64,000 nt of DNA, from assembly GCF_964194025.1 (NCBI RefSeq), contig NC_134482.1:43772001-43836000 (forward strand). Direction: 5' to 3'. This stretch comes from Convolutriloba macropyga (Eukaryota). Under the pieces are notes generated by a model, which was not told the origin of the DNA, did no database searches, and saw only the letters and a program-made list of their open reading frames with translations. How positions within the stretch are numbered: the stretch's first letter is position 1; the number at the start of each line of letters is the position of its first letter. Positions 58,520 to 64,000 of the stretch are shown here, piece after piece. A program made the translations under genes and the position numbers.

Positions 58520-61500
58520 TTATTTCTTTTTTAGTTTATGTAGCAAGTCAGAAGGAATAGGTTCACCAAAGAATGTAGGTGCTCTTCGATTTCGCTGAGG
58601 TCTCCTTAAGACATTGTTTGCGTCTGGTAAATTAGATATAATTGTTGAGGCTGTAGTTGTAGAATTATAATGTGATGATGTGGGGCTTTTATGCGTTGCT
58701 TTGGGGAATAATTTACGTGCTGCTTCAAATTTACTAGCATTATCAGATGGGTTAGAATAACTTTCTTGCTGTGGGCTATTAGGTGAATACATATTTTGTA
58801 TAGGGTAGGAGGTTGAAATGCGTGGTGGTAGAAAATCAGAAGAGCTTGTGCCTGGAATATGTGTAGTGTTATCTACTCGTGTTTGTAGCGATTCTAAGCC
58901 TGAATTTTTGTTGGGGTAACCTCAACATTAAATGTTGGCTGTAGTGTAGTACTAGGATTAACAGTATGTTGTGTTTCTACTAAGGGCCACTGTGAAAAAA
59001 CAATACGTTTTGCACCGCTATGAGTGTTATATTTGGCTATAATATGCTTATTATAATGAGTATAACAATCATCAGTGTCGTCTGAAAATACATAGTTCTC
59101 AACTATCTCTTGTATTTTCTCTTCTTTTGGCTAATAAGGTACTATATGATTTCTACGCACGGTTTTTTTTTTCATTTGTTTTATCATGCTGTATTTCATT
59201 TGTAGTATTAGTTTGTTGCACTGTGTAAGGTCCTGAGCGTTGCTCTTGTAGCTTTTTGGATTTTAATAGTCCTTTAGAGTGACTCTTTAATAGTACTTTT
59301 CTTCCTTCATGTTTAGGCTTTCCGAGTTCAAATCTGTTTCTAAACTTGTGTTCTTTATTCGTAGTTTGTCTACATTTAGTGTAGGTTTTCAAATATATAG
59401 TTTGAAATGTACTATCTCGTTTTAACATTTCGTTCGATAATCTGTTTTGTAATAATTTCTCTATATTTTTGTTATTACTTCTATTGTTGTTTTCTTTATT
59501 TTTGTTGTTGTTTAGTTTCTTCACTATGCGAGTGTGGTGGTAGATTACTAAAATACTCTGATGTGCTTTTGTTTTGATTATCTCGTAGTAGTCCAAACTT
59601 TAGTGATAGGGGTATTTGTGGTTTTGTTCCGAATAGTATTTCATAAGGTGTATATCCTGTACTGTAGTTTACTGCAGTATTGTGTGAGAATGCAAATTTA
59701 TTAGTGTACTCGGACCAATTAGATCCACTTTGGCTAATAAAGTGTCTTAGGTAATTAGTCAAATGTTTATTTTGTACTTCTACTTTGCCGTTAGTCCACG
59801 GTGAGTATGCAATTCGGGGGCATAGTGTAATTCCCATTTCTTTTGTGTAGTGAACGAAATCATTACTAATAAAAGCATTGCCGTTATCATGTACTATTTG
59901 TTGCGGTATATCAAATGTAGTTATAAATTTCGCTAGTTGATTGACTATTTTGAGAGCGTCGGCATTCAGGATAGGGTATACTTGTATAAATCCAGAGAAA
60001 GCTTCTACGAGACAAAATCTATTTCATTTACTAAGTGGTCGTAGTGGACCTTCATGATCAATATGAAGTGTATGTAGGGGTATAGCTTCAAATTGTCTCC
60101 ATGGTTCTAAGGGTGCTTCGTTTAAGTGTTTGCGTGCTGTCTTATTATTTTGGCAGTTTAAGCATTCTAACATTATTATTTCAATCCATTTAAACATACC
60201 GGTTTAATCGCTTAACTCTATTATAAGTTGTGGTTTCTGCTCTGTGACCACTAAGTTCATGCGTATGCGCAACCTCGAATATTTAAATAAATAGTGAAAG
60301 TGGTGCACATATTCTAACGTCAAAAAAGCCGTCTTCACAAGGTTCAAAATAACAGAGTAAATCATATTGACTCTCTAGAAACAACAAGTTGAAATTATTT
60401 CTATTATTTTGGCATGCTTAAGATTGTTTAATTGTGTACTCTTTTTCTGGAGCTTTGCCTACTTTTAACCAATCTCTAACTTTATTTATCACGGAGTTGT
60501 TTACTTGCTCTTCATGAATATTATCAGTGTCAAGATTAGCGTTTTTACAGATTAGCATCTGTAACCTTAGCTATTAAATCTAATGTTTCTGTGTGGACAT
60601 CCTTTTCTGAGATGTTTCGGAAAGCTTCGGGTTCAATATGTTTCTTAAATTTTGTACGTCTAATATAGTCAGCTTTAGCATATTCTAATTGTTCAATAAG
60701 TGAGTTTTCAATATTATCTTCTACTAAGTCTAACCAATCTTGGTCATCATAACCTTCTCGATCATCACTTATTTCGGCTATTTCTTCAGTCACATATTTC
60801 GGCTATTTCTTCAGGAGAGGAGTAGTGATTGTCGAATTTACTAGTCAGTTCTGAGGTTAACTTCTTTATTTCATTTATTTGTGTGCCGTAGCGAACACAA
60901 TCAGAAAACTGTGTATAGCGTTACAGTGCTCATATATGTAGTCTGGTGCATCATCTACAATAAAGTCACCTTCATCGTTTATATTGATTAGTTTCTTACT
61001 TTCGCCTTTGACTTGAGCAATAATTGAATAACAGTCGCTAGCTGTTGCGTCCTTATCGTTTTTGTGCAATACAGTGTAGTTAACTTCTTTTCCGTTAATA
61101 TGAAACTTTATATCTTTAGGTATTACTTGATGTTCTAGCTGATAAAATTTAGCATCTTCAAAGGAAATGTCTTGGCTAAGAATGTCAGCGAACGTTAAGT
61201 TTTTGCCTTCAGTGTAAATAATTTGCAAGTTTTGAAACTTAGTTATTACTAATTGATAATTAAAGAAACGATGTGACAATTGTACGCGTCGTGACCAAAG
61301 AAAGAGAATTGGTCTGTGATCACAATAGAGATAGATTGGAGATGGGGATCCAATAACGTAAATTTCATATGTTTGTAATGCAGATATTATTCCGCATAGT
61401 TCTCTATGTTGAGGGGACATTTTTGTTCAGCTTTATCAAATACTCTTGAGTTTGCTGAAATCATGCGTTTTCTATCAGGGAAATCTTGTATAAGAACACA

Positions 61501-64000
61501 GCCTGTTCCTAATTTAGATGAATCGGCATGTATATGAAAAAGATAGTCATTGGAAAGAAATGCGTTGGAAATGTCATGACAGAATCTTTGTTTAAGATCC
61601 GTGAATATATTTTCGTGTTCTTGTAACAACTTGAATAGTGTTGAATCTTTAGTTAAGTCATATAGAGGTTTTGCATCTATGTGAATGTTTAAAATATAGG
61701 TGTGATAGAAACCCATCATTCCTAAAACTCTTAAAACTTCTGTTTTCGACTCTGGCGTTTTTAGGTTTCTAATATCATCTGTGCGCGAAGCAATAGGGGA
61801 TATTCCGTCTTTAGATAAAAAGTGTCCTAGAAATCTCACTTTTCGTAAGAAAAACATTGCTTTATCAGGGGCTGATTTAAAGTTTGCCTTTCGAAGCAAA
61901 GAGTGATACTCTTTTACTATTGTGAACTTTTCTCGTTTATCTTTAGCTTGTAATAAGTTGTCGTCTATGTATGGTATGGCTCGTTTTTGTTTTATAAGAG
62001 GTCCGAATGCATAACGCATAAGTTTGCTGAAGAAACTGGGTAATGGCTTAAGACAATAAACTCCTACTTGACAAGTGTACTGTCTGCCTCCTACAATAAA
62101 ACTTGTGACCTTTTGTGTATCTTCGGTTAGTGATACTCTATTATAAGCTGATGATAAGCCACTACTTTTGAAAAATAGTTCGAGTGATTCTTGTAATTAG
62201 AACGTTTAGTGGTTCAAGTGGCCAACTAGAATTACTTGTATCATTTGTGGAGTTTGGGTATCTAGCATCTATTACTAGTTTCACATATTCCTTCTGAAAT
62301 AGTATGATAAAATAATTGACAAACTAACTATTCACATCGTTGTTCTGATTGAGCTCTCTGATAATTCCAGCTTGGATTAATTCATCCATTAATTTTTCTA
62401 GTTTATCTCTGAGATGAATGGGTGTTTTGCTAGGTCGCTGCTTTCTAAAGGTAGCGTCTTTCTTTAGGGGTAAATGAACCTTATGTTTGCTTCTACCAAT
62501 ATCATACTTATCATGTGAATAGACATCATTATCCTAAAGTATTATTTCTATTAACTCAAATAATTCATCGTCAGTCAAATTATTTTGTGTGAAATCAAAA
62601 TTATCCAAACATTTATCTAGATATTCTGGGTCCTGAAAAGTATTCTATTTTGCTCAAGTACAAAGTCGCTGACGGCTTTATTCATGATTCGGTTGCTTTG
62701 TAGTTTATCCCTAAATATAGGAAACTGGTCGTTGACTTTAGGTCTACATAATAATTTAGCTTCGGTAGAGAAGTCTGTTGCTACTTCTATCTCATCTTCT
62801 TTGCTTTTTTCTATTAACTCACTTTCAATAATTTCGACTGTCTCTTCTTGTTCTAGCGTATTGGTTTCTACTCTTTGTAGTTTGTCAATATCATCTTTGC
62901 TTGTATACATATAGATAGCTATTCCTGAATTTTTAAATGTTTGTTCAATTAGAGAAGGTATCCCTCTCCAATCCATTCCGTCTAAACCACACGTTATTTT
63001 TGGCATTCCTATACAGCGAAAAATTTAGTCCTAGTGCGTGATCTCTCATAACAAGAAGCGTTGCTTTGCTTGTATCTGTTGTTGGTTTCTCATAGGGATT
63101 ATCCTTAGTGACCACATTATATACTAATCTTTTATCTGCTCTGAAGGTTATTATGTCACCTGTAACAAAGTTTCTACTTTTACAGTAGTCCTTTAATACG
63201 GGTATTCTTTTGCAAATTGTGTTGGCAAAGCCTTTTCTCATTTCTGCATCTGATGACATTGTGTGCGCTATAGGCATATTAGAGTCAAAAATTGATTGGG
63301 AATGAAAATCTACATATCTATTGCATGAATTACTTTGAATTTACTGTTGTTCTTGTAAATTGCTAACTACTGTGTTTAGTATGAAACAACTGTTATAGTC
63401 CTCACTTTCGTTTAGTTTTGTACTTGGGAATTCAGTACAGTTTTTGTGAAGTCAGTACCATGAATATGGGTAGAAATTCTTCAGATTGAGGACAAAGTGT
63501 GTTCACAAAGACTAGGTCAGTATTTGCAACATTAATATGAGGCATGAAATATGTTCCTGGTGGAAATAGGTTATGACTGGATTGCTTTTGCTTCTGCAAT
63601 TGTGTTCTTTTCTGTTGCAGAAAGATCGGATGAGCTATGTTTAAGATCGGTTAGGCAGTCATTTTTGTTATGTATGGATAATCTTCGCATAGTTGAGTGA
63701 TCCGTAGCAAATTAAGTTTCTTTCAGTTTTTAATTCTACTGCGGGGATATCGAAGTGCAGTGCTTTTAGAATCAAATGACAAAAATCATTAACTATTATA
63801 TTCTGTCTCTGTTCTTTAGTAACGAATGCTTTATGAGGGACTGTATATTTACCGTCATTTTCAAAACTAGACTGGATAGTTGTATAGCCAAGCATTCTGA
63901 TTGATGAACCAGTGTATGTTTTTGAATCACAATTTGTACTATGTAGACGCAAATTTTGTCCAAGGTTTACTAGAGCAAGGTATGTAGGATGATTGATGAT
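58520..64000 (-). pseudogene. pol: Gypsy pol (protease, macrodomain, RT, RNase H, integrase) with stops and frameshifts
   Basis: Protease C-term NIIVNDF; RT YIDD (61960-61971), FFLRKVRFLGH; RNase H IHADSSKLGTGCVL, RELCGII, LYCDHRPI, TFADILS; integrase HHCC remnants, HIDHEGP, IVHDNGNAF, YSPWTNGKVEVQNK, GYTPYEILFG, SGPYTV; C-terminal LRRPQRNRRAP. Confidence 0.92.
62900..63320 (-). pseudogene. TARG1/OARD1 (DarG-related) macrodomain embedded in Pol between protease and RT
   Basis: SIFDSNMPIAHTMSSDAEMRKGFA...RLVYNVVTKDNPYEKPT...MRDHAL / MPKITCGLDGMDWRGIPSLIEQTFKNSGIAIYMY parallels TARG1 LAHCISEDCRMGAGIA...YIYYLITKKRASHKPT...MPRIGCGLDRLQW...FEATDIKITVY; one frameshift near 63010. Confidence 0.85.

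Larger units (their letters stand above)
47034..64000 (-). mobile_element. Large env-bearing Ty3/Gypsy LTR retroelement (endogenous retrovirus-like), 5' part outside the window, decayed
   Basis: Minus-strand order protease - macrodomain - RT - RNase H - integrase, then ~10.5 kb of extra ORFs including a glycoprotein, then PPT and LTR. Confidence 0.85.

Noticed and set aside
5717-64000. Functional link between NRDE2 (silencing factor) and the neighbouring transposon cluster
   Set aside because: Proximity alone is uninformative in a repeat-rich genome.

Overview
AT-rich eukaryotic genomic window, very likely from an invertebrate animal (taxon cannot be fixed from the sequence), with a 138-N assembly gap at 46434-46571. 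Host genes, all on the minus strand: an NRDE2 homologue with an uninterrupted CDS (5717-8716), a five-CCCH zinc-finger (TIS11/ZFP36-like) gene with an uninterrupted CDS (20904-22520) and a probable first coding exon of an unidentified basic S/TP-rich protein (1959-2122). The rest is mostly transposon-derived. It includes Helentron-associated (HINE/DINE-1-like) elements, a GGATC-ended MITE family with 8-bp TSDs, a CACTA-like non-autonomous element, several CR1/L2-group LINE fragments, a near-full-length LINE with an esterase-type ORF1 and a 2A (StopGo) motif, decayed Ty3/Gypsy remnants and a 2-kb tandem duplication. The standout is a >17-kb minus-strand Ty3/Gypsy element (47034 to beyond the window end). 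Its Pol carries a TARG1/DarG-like macrodomain between protease and RT. Its ~10.5-kb post-pol region holds a chuvirus/gB-like class III envelope glycoprotein gene (partly duplicated), two antisense ORFs and several unknown accessory ORFs, so it resembles a complex endogenous retrovirus, decayed in this copy. All family assignments come from motif recognition by eye; no searches were run.
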